A stretch of 32,114 nt of DNA from Planctomycetaceae bacterium (GCA_007124535.1 SLEY01000453.1:1-32114), one strand, 5' to 3'. Positions 16,643 through 25,634 are shown, numbered from the stretch's first letter. A program made the numbers and translations. The notes: generated from the sequence alone by a model not told the origin.

Positions 16643-17383
16643 ATGTTGCAAAAACTAACCGCTATGGGGGCGCTGATGTTGGGCGTTCTGCTGGCAGGAT
16701 GTGCGGACCCGGCTGCGTTGGAGGAAGCGGAGCGGGCGCGAGATGCCGCGGAAGAGCGAGCTTCGCTGATCGGCGAGCAACTCAGCGAGCGGGAGGCCGA
16801 GCTGGAGGAGGTGCGGGCAACGTTGGACGAGACGGAAGCGGCTCGAGCCGCAGCCCACGAACGGGCCGTGGTCGCGGAAGAGGCGGCTGCGGATAGCGAG
16901 GCGGAATTGGAGAAGGCGGCCGAGGCGATGGAGGAGGCCCGAGCAGGTCTCGAGGCGGCGGAAACGCGGGCCGACGCGGCAGAGGAAGCCGTGGGCGAAT
17001 TGGAGCAGGCCGTTGAGGCGGCGGAAGAGCGGGCCGCGGCCGCCGAGGAAGCGGTGGCGGAACATGTCGCCGAACTCGAACAGACGGCCGAAGCCCTGAA
17101 GGAAGCTCAGGCAGCGACCGAGACCGCCGAAGAAGCCCTGGCGGAACATCAGGCCGAGGCGGAAAAGACGGCCGAAGCCCTTGAGGAAGCGGAGGCGGCC
17201 CGGGACGCGGCTCAACAGACCGTCGCCGAATTGGAAGCCGAACTGGAACAGCTGAAAGAACAGCTCGAAGCGCCCGCCGAGGAAGAACCCGCCGAGGAGG
17301 AACCACCCGCGGAAGAGGAAGAAGAGGAAGCTGAGGAAGCTGAGGAAGCTGAGGAAGAAGCCGACGAGGACGACACGGAGTAA
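16643..17383 (+). CDS. Ala/Glu-rich coiled-coil lipoprotein, extremely acidic
   Basis: AAAGGAG and GGAG lie just upstream of the ATG. Lipobox LLAGC. The mature chain is almost entirely A/E/L/T/R with heptad-like repeats, has no F/Y/W/C, and ends in a poly-acidic tail. The tail is encoded partly by three copies of the 9-bp unit GAGGAAGCT (17324-17350). Confidence 0.7.
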   Translation: MLQKLTAMGALMLGVLLAGCADPAALEEAERARDAAEERASLIGEQLSEREAELEEVRATLDETEAARAAAHERAVVAEEAAADSEAELEKAAEAMEEARAGLEAAETRADAAEEAVGELEQAVEAAEERAAAAEEAVAEHVAELEQTAEALKEAQAATETAEEALAEHQAEAEKTAEALEEAEAARDAAQQTVAELEAELEQLKEQLEAPAEEEPAEEEPPAEEEEEEAEEAEEAEEEADEDDTE

Positions 17384-17614
17384 TCGTGCTGCGTCCACGA
17401 CGGAGTTGGCAAGCGTAGCGGGGTCGGCCGCTGGCATGCGGGGCACGTCAGCAGCGTTTCCGGAATCGTGCCGGGATCGACCACGCCGCACCCGACCGCC
17501 TGAGGCTAAATGTCCTCTCAGGGGGCGCGTCTGGCGAGCTGCCGAATCCAGCCCGCGCGAGGGTGGGTCGCCCCTGGCGACTCCTCCCCCGAAGAGACCG
17601 GACTTTCGCTCGCC

Positions 17615-17857
17615 CTAAGGCGTGGCCTGTTCCAATTCCCGCTCGGCCCGATACTCCCGCAGTGCCGCCGCTTCGCGGGACAGCCGGAATTCCGGTCCGG
17701 GCGGGAAGTACTGCACGTCGTCCTGCAAATAGTAGGCACTGGGCAGGGTTTGCCCGCCGACGTTGGTCTGGCAGCCGATCGCGTTCAGCGAAGCGACCAT
17801 GCCCAACCCCCACATCGCCCAATGCAGCCACCGTCCGGTCGTTCTTGCCGTCATCAT
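17615..17857 (-). CDS. Small lipoprotein (80 aa) with a conserved-looking GQTLPSAYYLQDDVQYFPPGPEF motif
   Basis: ATGATG at 17857/17854 with GGGAG ~9 nt upstream. The track ORF extends to 17995 through a low-GC stretch that does not look coding. Signal peptide with lipobox SLNAIGC. Confidence 0.6.
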   Translation of the reverse strand: MMTARTTGRWLHWAMWGLGMVASLNAIGCQTNVGGQTLPSAYYLQDDVQYFPPGPEFRLSREAAALREYRAERELEQATP

Positions 17858-18081
17858 ATTCGATAAACTCCCTACTATCCGCCTGATCGCTACGGTCGTT
17901 AGCACCGTTATCGGTTCGCTCGGGGTCGGGGCTTTGGTCGAAACCGGAAAAAAGAAAGCGGGATTTTCGTTTTTTTCGTTGTGATCCGCTATCATGAAGA
18001 CGAAGAAGGAGGTGTGTGTCTCCCAGAATCGTGCTCGGTGCTCCCACAGACGGATGCCGCTAATGCGTCGAGGAATGCGTC

Positions 18082-21036
18082 ATGGTCCGCATCATTCGCC
18101 CCAGTTCCGTCTTTTTCCTGCTTTGCCTGTGCTTCCCCGTTCGGGCGGAAGCCGATGTGAATTACCCCTCCCGTACCTACTATGCTGGGTTGGAAGCCTA
18201 TCATGACGGGGATTACCGCGGGGCCCTAAGAGCTTTCGAATCCGCGTTGCGGAGTGGGATGCGCAGCCCCGAAGGACGTTGGGTCGATTCCATCTGTTAC
18301 TACACCATGATGGGTGAGTGCTACTACCAGATGGGGAGGCATCGTGAGGCACTCGAGCAGTACGAAGCGGCACTGCAACTGGCTTTGTTCCAAAACAACT
18401 GGATGAATCGGGTCCAGTATCCGGATCTGGAACCCTCGGCTTCCACCGTGCGGAACACGATCCAGTGGGGGGTCAGCCAGCGAAATGCGGCGTTAGCACG
18501 TCTGCCCCGTCGGATGGGCACTCTGGTGGGGCAAACACCGGAAGAGACGGAGCAGGCGGTGACCCGGGGCGGCATTGTGGCCTTGCCGCAAATTTTCCCC
18601 CTGGACGTCCGAGAGGTGGCTCGAACCACGGCCGTGGCGATTCGCCGGCGACATCAGCTGACCGGTCCGGTCGGCCGGCATACCCCGATGACCTCCCGAT
18701 TACTGGCGGCCCTGGGCTCGCGGCCGACGCTGCCCAATCACTGGTCCCAAGCATGGATCCGTTGCCAACTGGGGCTGGCGTATGCTGCGGCGGGGAAAAC
18801 GGATCAGGCGATCTCGGAACTGAAACAATCGTTGCTGCTGGGCGGCCAATATGACCATGACCTGACGGCCATCGCTTTGGTCACTTTGGGAGACCTGGCA
18901 TTCAAGCAAGGCCGGATGGAGCAGGCGGCGACGTATTACTTGGAGGCCACTTTCACGGCAGCCGCCTTGGAGCAATATGACCTGATGCAAGAGGCTTTCG
19001 AGGGCGGGTTGACCGTCCATCGGGTCACGGGTCAAGAAGGCCCTTATGCCCCCCTCCCGGCTGCTCGTAGCTGGGCCCAGCGGAACTCGCGAGCTTTGGA
19101 AGCCTGGTTGGCGATCCTGTCGGCCGAAGACGCGGCCCATGTCGGCAAGGCGAGGGAGGCTGGCCAGTTGTTGGCACAAGCTCGCAAAACCATCGGCAAT
19201 CGTGATATGCGGAGCGGCCGGATCGGGGGGCGTTTCGAGTACATTGCCGCCCTGGTCGACTTTCAGAACGGGAACCTGATCGCAGGCAATCGGTCGTTGA
19301 AAACGGCCTTGGATTTCCAGCAAGCCAGTTCGCCCTGGCTGTTGCAGATCGCCTTGGCCGACAACCTGTACACCTCGGGCGAGATCACCCAGCGGGTCGC
19401 CGACGATCTGTACTCGCATCTCTTGCGCGAGCCGCAGTCGAGTGATTGGCTCACGCAACCGCTGGACACCTTGTCCGTGATCACAACCCCTCGCCCGGGG
19501 CCGTTGCGTCGTTGGTTCGAGGTGGCCAAGCTGCGGAAGGATTCCGAGAAGGTCTTTCACGTTGCAGAGCAACTCCGCAGGCAGCGTTTCTTCAGCACGC
19601 TGCCGATGGGCGGCCGGATGCTGGCACTCCGTTGGGTCATGGAAGCGCCGGAAGCCAGCCTCAGTCCGGAAGCCCTGTTGCAGCGACAAGACATTCGAGC
19701 CCGCTATCCGGAGTACGCGGAACTGGCGGCCCGAGCCCGGGAAATCCAGCGCCGTCTGCGGGATTTGCCCCCAGTCCCCGAGTCCAACGAACAGCGTCGC
19801 GAACAATCCCAGTTGCTGGAGCAACTGGAAGAGGTCAGTGCGGCTCAAGAATGGAAACTCAGCAGCATTGCGCTCCGCCGTGAAGCTGCCGAATTTGTCT
19901 TCCCGCCCCTGATGGCATTGGAAGAGGTCCAGGCCCGTATGCCGGCCGGCCAGTTGATGTTGGCGTACGTGGCCCAGGGCCCGCAGGTCACCGCCATGGC
20001 CATCGACAGCGAGCGCATCGCGCTGTGGGAGGTCGAATCTCCGGAAACCTTGGGGAAGCGGATCTCGGAATTGCTCGGGAAGATCGGTGCGATCAATCGG
20101 CGGGTGCCGGTCGATGTGGATCGATTGCACGATTCCAGTTGGCATGCCGAGTCGCGCGATCTGCTCCAGCAATTGACCAACGTCCGCGAACCTTCGCTGT
20201 GGGATTCCTATGAAGAAGTGGTGATCGTACCCGATGGAATGCTGTGGTACGTACCGTTCGAAGCCCTGCATGTCACGTCCGGCGACGGGGGAGAGCCCCT
20301 GATCGCCCGGGTCCCCGTCCGTTATGCCCCCACTGCCTCCCTGGCCAATCTACCGGGCCCGGGACTGCCGCCCCGGGCGGCCACCGCCGTGGTTGCAGGC
20401 CAGTTGCTGACGGGCGAAGATCCGAATCGAGCGGTGCAGGCAAGTGACGAAATCGCGCAATCCTTGCCCGGCACGGTTCGGCTGACCGAATCGCTGCCTG
20501 CCAGCACGCCCCTGTTCGCCACGACCCTGGACCGGCTGATCGTACTGAACGAAATTGACGTCCGTTCCAACTCGCCCTACGGATGGAATCCGTTCTCGGA
20601 TGCGCGAGGAAGATCAGGCGGGGATCTGGCCAGCTGGTTCGCGCTGCCCTGGAAACGTCCCCAGCAGATCGTCTTGCCCGGTTACCTGCCGCCCAGTCCC
20701 AGCAATTTGGCCAGCACCAACGGCGCGGAGATCTTCCTGCCCTTGTGTGGATTGATGGCGACGGGTACCCGCAGTATTTTGATCAGCCGTTGGGCGCTGG
20801 GCGGGCAATCCGCGTTTGATCTGGTGCGTGAATACGCTCAGGAGTTGCCCTACGTTTCGCCCTCCAACGCCTGGCGACGCAGCGTATTGTTGAATTCGCA
20901 TTCGCAGATCGCGCCGAGCCTGGAGCCGCGGCTGCGTCTGAATGGAACGGGCGATTCGATCCCCGCCTCGCACCCGGTGTTCTGGGCCGGGTACCTGCTG
21001 GTCGATTCCGGCACGCAACCCGCACACGACCCCTGA
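18082..21036 (+). CDS. Secreted TPR-repeat protein with a C-terminal CHAT-like domain lacking the catalytic dyad
   Basis: GAGGAA RBS at 18070-18075. Signal peptide MVRIIRPSSVFFLLCLCFPVRAEA. TPR-like helices (YYAGLEAYHDGDYRGALRAFESAL, MMGECYYQMGRHREALEQYEAALQL, and others). C-terminal CHAT landmarks: VVIVPDGMLWYVPFEAL, RYAPTAS, GTRSILISRWALGG, and the terminal HPVFWAGYLLVDSG. Confidence 0.8.
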   Translation: MVRIIRPSSVFFLLCLCFPVRAEADVNYPSRTYYAGLEAYHDGDYRGALRAFESALRSGMRSPEGRWVDSICYYTMMGECYYQMGRHREALEQYEAALQLALFQNNWMNRVQYPDLEPSASTVRNTIQWGVSQRNAALARLPRRMGTLVGQTPEETEQAVTRGGIVALPQIFPLDVREVARTTAVAIRRRHQLTGPVGRHTPMTSRLLAALGSRPTLPNHWSQAWIRCQLGLAYAAAGKTDQAISELKQSLLLGGQYDHDLTAIALVTLGDLAFKQGRMEQAATYYLEATFTAAALEQYDLMQEAFEGGLTVHRVTGQEGPYAPLPAARSWAQRNSRALEAWLAILSAEDAAHVGKAREAGQLLAQARKTIGNRDMRSGRIGGRFEYIAALVDFQNGNLIAGNRSLKTALDFQQASSPWLLQIALADNLYTSGEITQRVADDLYSHLLREPQSSDWLTQPLDTLSVITTPRPGPLRRWFEVAKLRKDSEKVFHVAEQLRRQRFFSTLPMGGRMLALRWVMEAPEASLSPEALLQRQDIRARYPEYAELAARAREIQRRLRDLPPVPESNEQRREQSQLLEQLEEVSAAQEWKLSSIALRREAAEFVFPPLMALEEVQARMPAGQLMLAYVAQGPQVTAMAIDSERIALWEVESPETLGKRISELLGKIGAINRRVPVDVDRLHDSSWHAESRDLLQQLTNVREPSLWDSYEEVVIVPDGMLWYVPFEALHVTSGDGGEPLIARVPVRYAPTASLANLPGPGLPPRAATAVVAGQLLTGEDPNRAVQASDEIAQSLPGTVRLTESLPASTPLFATTLDRLIVLNEIDVRSNSPYGWNPFSDARGRSGGDLASWFALPWKRPQQIVLPGYLPPSPSNLASTNGAEIFLPLCGLMATGTRSILISRWALGGQSAFDLVREYAQELPYVSPSNAWRRSVLLNSHSQIAPSLEPRLRLNGTGDSIPASHPVFWAGYLLVDSGTQPAHDP

Positions 21037-21116
21037 GCAACGAACGCTCCCACACGCCCGACACACGCCATACTTCCCCTGCCTCCCATACGCCCGCCAC
21101 GCCCCCCAGTTTGTCA

Positions 21117-22010
21117 TCACGGGTGGCCGTGCTCCGCACAGTGCGGCCCGTGGACGTGCGTGGAACCAACGTGTTGCGAATGGGAATGATCGCACTCCAA
21201 GATCCCGATCCCATAGGCCAACAGGACGCCGGTCAGCAGTGCCGACGACAACGCCAGTCGATCATGGGTGTGAAAGGTCACTTCGGGGAGAATATCGGCC
21301 AGCGCGATACAAAGGAACACGCCGGCGGCAAAAGCCAACGCGGCACCGATGATCGTCTGCTGCATTTCCGCAAAATGGCCGCTGGTCAGGAAGAAGAACA
21401 GGCCCGCCCCGATCGGACACATCAGCGCGTACGCGGCGTTGACCAGCGCCCGGGCTCGTAAAGTCCAACCGCCGGCTTGCATCACCGTCGTGATGGCCAG
21501 GGCATCCAGCGGCTTGTGTGCGAACACTGCCAGAAAGGTGCCGGCGCCCGCGAACAGCATCCACGGCGAATGGCGGAGATCGGCGGCCATCGCCGCACTC
21601 AGTGCGATCCCGTCAATCAGGGTATGCAAAGACAGTCCCGCGGCCAGACCGATCCATGACAAATGATGGGAGCCGCCTGCTTGATGGCGCCCCCCGTCTT
21701 CCGTGCCATGTTCTTCGCCCGCTTCGGGTTGACCATGCTGGTGGACTTGGAAGACGCGCATCAGGAAGAACATCACCAGTAGTCCGGCGAGCATCCAAGC
21801 GACCGAGCGGTCCAGATTTCCACGATTCTCCACCACCGCGTGGGGCAGCATGTGCAGCAGGGCGACGCCCAGCATCAGGCCGGCAACCAAGCTCATCAGG
21901 AGCTGCAATCGGGTGTGAGTGAGCCGTAGCCAGTGGGGTAAGAATCCGCCGCTCAGCGAAGCCAACACGATCAGGAGGCAGTAGATCACCAGCAGAATTG
22001 TGGGCCACAT
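21117..22010 (-). CDS. ZIP-family divalent metal transporter (ZupT-like)
   Basis: Multi-TM protein with a His-rich cytoplasmic loop (VHQHGQPEAGEEHGTEDGGRHQAGGSHH) and ZIP core helices (LHTLIDGIALSAA, HKPLDALA). The start is ambiguous: ATG at 22010 (MWPTILLV...) or in-frame TTG at 22022, as in the ORF track. Confidence 0.82.
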   Translation of the reverse strand: MWPTILLVIYCLLIVLASLSGGFLPHWLRLTHTRLQLLMSLVAGLMLGVALLHMLPHAVVENRGNLDRSVAWMLAGLLVMFFLMRVFQVHQHGQPEAGEEHGTEDGGRHQAGGSHHLSWIGLAAGLSLHTLIDGIALSAAMAADLRHSPWMLFAGAGTFLAVFAHKPLDALAITTVMQAGGWTLRARALVNAAYALMCPIGAGLFFFLTSGHFAEMQQTIIGAALAFAAGVFLCIALADILPEVTFHTHDRLALSSALLTGVLLAYGIGILECDHSHSQHVGSTHVHGPHCAEHGHP

Positions 22011-22134
22011 GAGAGCCGCCAATCGGGGAGGGGTCGGGTGGGAGAACCTGGATCCTTTTACTAATCGTATGCAAAAATGATCACTTCACAAGTACGCGTG
22101 GCGGGCTTCCGCAGAAAAACCTGGATTTTCCCCG

Positions 22135-23265
22135 CTACGGGGAAGTCGCCGGGGGGGCGTTGCTATCCGCCAGAAGTTGGTTGTAGAGGGCGACGTGCCG
22201 CTGGACCATCTTTTCGAAACCGAACTCCTGCTGTACTCGCTGGCGAGCAGCTTGACCGTAAGCGGCCGCCAAGGCGGGATCGGCTAACAGCCGTTGGGTT
22301 TGACGAGCGAACGCGGCCCGGTCTCCCAGGGGGACCAGAAAGCCCGTCTGCTCCGATACGACCAGATCGCGGTTTCCCGGGATGTCGGTGGCGACCACCG
22401 GCACGCCCGCCGCCATGGCCTCGAGAATCGCGTTGGACTGTCCCTCGTACTCGCTGGCCAACCAGAGGCAGTCGCTGGCAGCCAGCAGGTGGGGCACGTC
22501 GTCTCGTTCGCCCAAGAAATGGACTCGGTCCGTGATCTCGACCTGCTCGCGGAAGCGTTCCAAACGCCAGCGTTGGGGGCCGTCACCAGCGATCAACAGG
22601 TGGGTATCGTCGCGGAGCACTTTCAACAGATCCGCCGCCCAGATCAGGTCCTTGATTCGTTTCTGCGGCCACAGACGATTCACGGCCAGAATCACCCGAG
22701 CATCGGGGGGCAATCCCAGCGATTCCCGCGTGTTGGTTGGAGACGTGCGATGGGTATCGGCAGGGACGACGGCGTTGGGGATGACCACGAATTTGCCGGC
22801 CGGCAATCCGTGGCGGACGTAGAAATCCACGACCCCCTGACTGTTGGTCACGATCCGCTGGGTGTGGCGGGCCAGATAGCGATCCAGCGCCAGCTGATGC
22901 CAGCGTTTCCAAGGGTCGACACATCGCTCGCCCGCCACCACGTGTTTGACTCCGGCCTGCAGGGCCGCTTGGCGCCCATAGGCGTTGGCGGCGAACAACC
23001 AGGTATGCACCAGTTGGGGGCGCAGCCGGCGCATGTGCCGCAGCAATCGTCCATAGGCGGCCGGGTCCAGTTTCCAGCGCTTGCCGATCAGGGTGACCGG
23101 GATGTCCGCCCGTTCCAGAGGGATTCGCAGGGGGCCATCTCGCGTGAGCACCGCAACGTGGACTTCGAACTCTTCACGCGGCAGTCCCTGGGCCAGGAGG
23201 ACCAATTGTTTTTCGGCCCCGCACCGGTCAAGGCTGGGGATGACCAATAGCAGGCGGCGGGTCAT
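22135..23265 (-). CDS. Glycosyltransferase family 4 (GT-B, GT1/GT4-type)
   Basis: ATG at 23265 (MTRRLLLVIPSLDRCGAEKQ...). The upstream part of the track ORF overlaps the neighbouring gene and is junk. C-terminal GT4 motif ASEYEGQSNAILEAMAAGVPVVATDIPGNRDLV (E-x7-E). Confidence 0.85.
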   Translation of the reverse strand: MTRRLLLVIPSLDRCGAEKQLVLLAQGLPREEFEVHVAVLTRDGPLRIPLERADIPVTLIGKRWKLDPAAYGRLLRHMRRLRPQLVHTWLFAANAYGRQAALQAGVKHVVAGERCVDPWKRWHQLALDRYLARHTQRIVTNSQGVVDFYVRHGLPAGKFVVIPNAVVPADTHRTSPTNTRESLGLPPDARVILAVNRLWPQKRIKDLIWAADLLKVLRDDTHLLIAGDGPQRWRLERFREQVEITDRVHFLGERDDVPHLLAASDCLWLASEYEGQSNAILEAMAAGVPVVATDIPGNRDLVVSEQTGFLVPLGDRAAFARQTQRLLADPALAAAYGQAARQRVQQEFGFEKMVQRHVALYNQLLADSNAPPATSP

Positions 23266-23293
23266 AGCGTCTTCCCGAAATTTCCACTCGAGT

Positions 23294-24058
23294 CTACGCT
23301 CGGCGTGGAGTGCGTGAACGGAACGGAGAATGCTGGCGGAGTCCCAGCCGGAACAAAACCCACAACGCGGCCAGCGCCTCGCGCGTGCTGATCTTGGTCT
23401 CGCCGAACTGGCGGTCCGTGAAGGTGATCGGGGTCTCGCCGATACGCGCCCCGGCCAATTGCGCCCGCCACAGCAGTTCTTCCAGGTAGGCATATCCCCG
23501 CGAACGCAGGTTCTGCAAGCCGATTTGTTGAAGCAGTTCGCAACGGTAACAGCGGAAGGAACCGCTGCAGTCCCGGGCGCGCAATCCCAGCCACCAGCGG
23601 GCATAGAAATTCAGGCAGCGGCTGATCCAGCGGCGATGCCGCGGCCAGCCTTGGATGCGACCCCCGGGCACGTAACGGGAGCCGATCATGACATCATAAC
23701 CCGCTTCGTCCGGCCCAACCGCCATGCCCGCCAGTAACCGGGGAATCGCGCGGGGCGGATGACTCAGATCCGCATCCAGAACCAGCACCAAGTCGAAACC
23801 GCGATCCAAGGCGTACTGGAACCCGGCTTTGGTCGCCGTTCCCAGCCCCTGTTTCGACGGCCGGTGCAGGACCCGAAACCGCGGATCCTCAGCCGCCCGC
23901 CGATCGCACCAGCGGCCGGTCCCGTCGGGCGAGTTGTCGTCGACTACCAGCATCTGCAAGTCCAGGTCCAGCCGAAATATCTCGTCGGTCAAACGCGGCA
24001 GATTCTCAATCTCGTTGTAGGTGGCCGTCACCACCAAGGTACTTGGCTGTGCTTTCAT
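23294..24058 (-). CDS. GT2 polyprenol-phosphate mannosyltransferase (Dpm1/Ppm1-like)
   Basis: ATG at 24058 (MKAQPSTLVVTATYNEIENL...). GT2 motifs VVDDNSPDGT and LDADLSHPP; KQGLGTATKAGF is typical of dolichyl/polyprenyl-phosphate mannose synthases. Lies 22 nt after the UxaA-family stop and 28 nt before the GT4 start. Confidence 0.85.
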   Translation of the reverse strand: MKAQPSTLVVTATYNEIENLPRLTDEIFRLDLDLQMLVVDDNSPDGTGRWCDRRAAEDPRFRVLHRPSKQGLGTATKAGFQYALDRGFDLVLVLDADLSHPPRAIPRLLAGMAVGPDEAGYDVMIGSRYVPGGRIQGWPRHRRWISRCLNFYARWWLGLRARDCSGSFRCYRCELLQQIGLQNLRSRGYAYLEELLWRAQLAGARIGETPITFTDRQFGETKISTREALAALWVLFRLGLRQHSPFRSRTPRRA

Positions 24059-24080
24059 ACGCGTTGGGTCCGGACGCCTC

Positions 24081-25634
24081 CTACAGCATGGGGCCGACAA
24101 TCCACGGCAGAAATTCCTCCTCGCCGATCCCGTGCACCTCGCTCTTCGTCGGCTTCCCGCTGGCCACCGCCAGGACCCGCGCGAAAATCTCGGCCCCCAT
24201 CGCTTGCAGCGAACCACCTTGCAATACAACGCCCGCGTCGACGTCCATATCGTCGATCATGCGCTCATACATCGGGGTGTTCGACGCAACTTTGATGCAG
24301 GGCGTCGGCTTGCAGCCGAAACAACTGCCTCGACCCGTGGTGAACACGACCACATTGGCTCCTCCCGCAACCATCCCGGTCACGCTGGCAGGATCGTAAC
24401 CCGGCGTATCCATCACGACCAAGCCCTTGGCCCGGACCCGCTCGGCATAGGAATAAACGTCGACCAAGGCGGTCGAACCGCCTTTGGCAATCGCCCCCAA
24501 CGACTTCTCGGCAATCGTGGTCAAGCCGCCCGCCTTGTTGCCCACCGAAGGGTTGTTGTCCAGGCGGCTGCCGAACTGCTCGGTATAATGCTGCCACCAG
24601 CGGATGCGGTCGAGCAGTTTCTGAGCCACCTCGGCCGAGACGGCACGCCGGGCCAACAGCGATTCGGCCCCATAGATCTCGGGCGTTTCCGACAGAATCG
24701 CGGTTCCGCCGCAGGCGATCAGCAGGTCGGCGGCCACGCCCAGAGCGGGGTTGGCCGTGATTCCCGAGTTCCCGTCCGATCCGCCGCATTCCAGTCCCAG
24801 GATCAACTCGCTGGCCGGCGCCGCTTCCCGCCGCGCGGCATCGACCCGCGGCAGCATCCGCCAAACCTGCTCGACCCCCGACTCGACCGTGCGCGACGTG
24901 CCTCCGGCGTGCTGGATCGATAGCACGGGAATCGGCTCGACGGGAGACGAAAGGCCCTCGATCGGCGCCACTTGCAAGCTCTCGAACAGATGTTCGCTGG
25001 TCGCCTGCTCACAACCCAGCCCGATCAGCAGGCAGCCGCCGACGTTCGGGTGGCTCATGATCCCGCCCAGCACCCGGTCGAGCATGTCGTGCGCCGGGCC
25101 CCCGTACGGCATTCCGCAGCCCGAATGATGGGTTATCGCAATGACGCCATCCACATGCGGATAATCGCGCAGGGCGTCGCGATCGAAATGGCGCGCCACG
25201 TACCGGCTGACCGATGCCGAGCAATTCACGGTCGAGATCACCGCCAGATAATTCCGGGTGCCGAATCGCCCGCCCGCTCGCCGATAGCCCTGAAAAGACT
25301 GGTCTACCAGGGGGGTAGGCGGTGGAGGCGTCTGTAACGGTGGAATACCACTCTCGGCTACCTCCGCGAAACTCAAGTTATGGGTATGTACCCACGCGCC
25401 CTTGCCGATCGCCTGGTCGGCCAGCCCGATCGGATGGCCATACTTCCGAACGATCTGGCCCCGCGCGATCGCTCGCAAGGCCACTTTGTGACCCATCGGC
25501 ACGGAATCCGCCAAAGTCACCGGCGAGGCGGAACCGGCCGATACCGTCTGGCCGGGCGTCAGATCACGCGTTGCCACCGCCACATCGTCGTGCGGATCCA
25601 GCAGAAGCAACTCGGGTACATTCGTCGGCGACAT
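24081..25634 (-). CDS. UxaA-family sugar-acid dehydratase (altronate/galactarate dehydratase-like) with an N-terminal SAF domain
   Basis: The N-terminal SAF pattern (DDVAVATRDL...VPMGHKVALRAI) is present. Core blocks match E. coli UxaA as I recall it: LGLECGGSDGNSGITANPALG, NPSVGNKAGGLTTIAEKSLGAI, VVFTTGRGS. Confidence 0.9.
   Translation of the reverse strand: MSPTNVPELLLLDPHDDVAVATRDLTPGQTVSAGSASPVTLADSVPMGHKVALRAIARGQIVRKYGHPIGLADQAIGKGAWVHTHNLSFAEVAESGIPPLQTPPPPTPLVDQSFQGYRRAGGRFGTRNYLAVISTVNCSASVSRYVARHFDRDALRDYPHVDGVIAITHHSGCGMPYGGPAHDMLDRVLGGIMSHPNVGGCLLIGLGCEQATSEHLFESLQVAPIEGLSSPVEPIPVLSIQHAGGTSRTVESGVEQVWRMLPRVDAARREAAPASELILGLECGGSDGNSGITANPALGVAADLLIACGGTAILSETPEIYGAESLLARRAVSAEVAQKLLDRIRWWQHYTEQFGSRLDNNPSVGNKAGGLTTIAEKSLGAIAKGGSTALVDVYSYAERVRAKGLVVMDTPGYDPASVTGMVAGGANVVVFTTGRGSCFGCKPTPCIKVASNTPMYERMIDDMDVDAGVVLQGGSLQAMGAEIFARVLAVASGKPTKSEVHGIGEEEFLPWIVGPML

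Noticed and set aside
17384-17614. Terminator hairpins in the convergent spacer: TCGTG...CACGA at 17384-17400, and GTCGCC-CCT-GGCGAC at 17567-17581
   Set aside because: The stems are only 5-6 bp and neither is followed by a U-tract. That is too weak to call a terminator.
18700-20271. 523-aa ORF antisense to the TPR/CHAT gene
   Set aside because: It has no motifs and a low-complexity, R/Q/G/P-biased composition. The sense frame has a signal peptide, TPR periodicity and CHAT landmarks.
22294-24923. Antisense ORFs 22294-23250 (318 aa), 23330-23737, 23759-24295 and 24021-24923 (300 aa)
   Set aside because: All overlap well-supported minus-strand genes (GT4, GT2 and the UxaA-family gene) and show the typical high-GC shadow-ORF composition.
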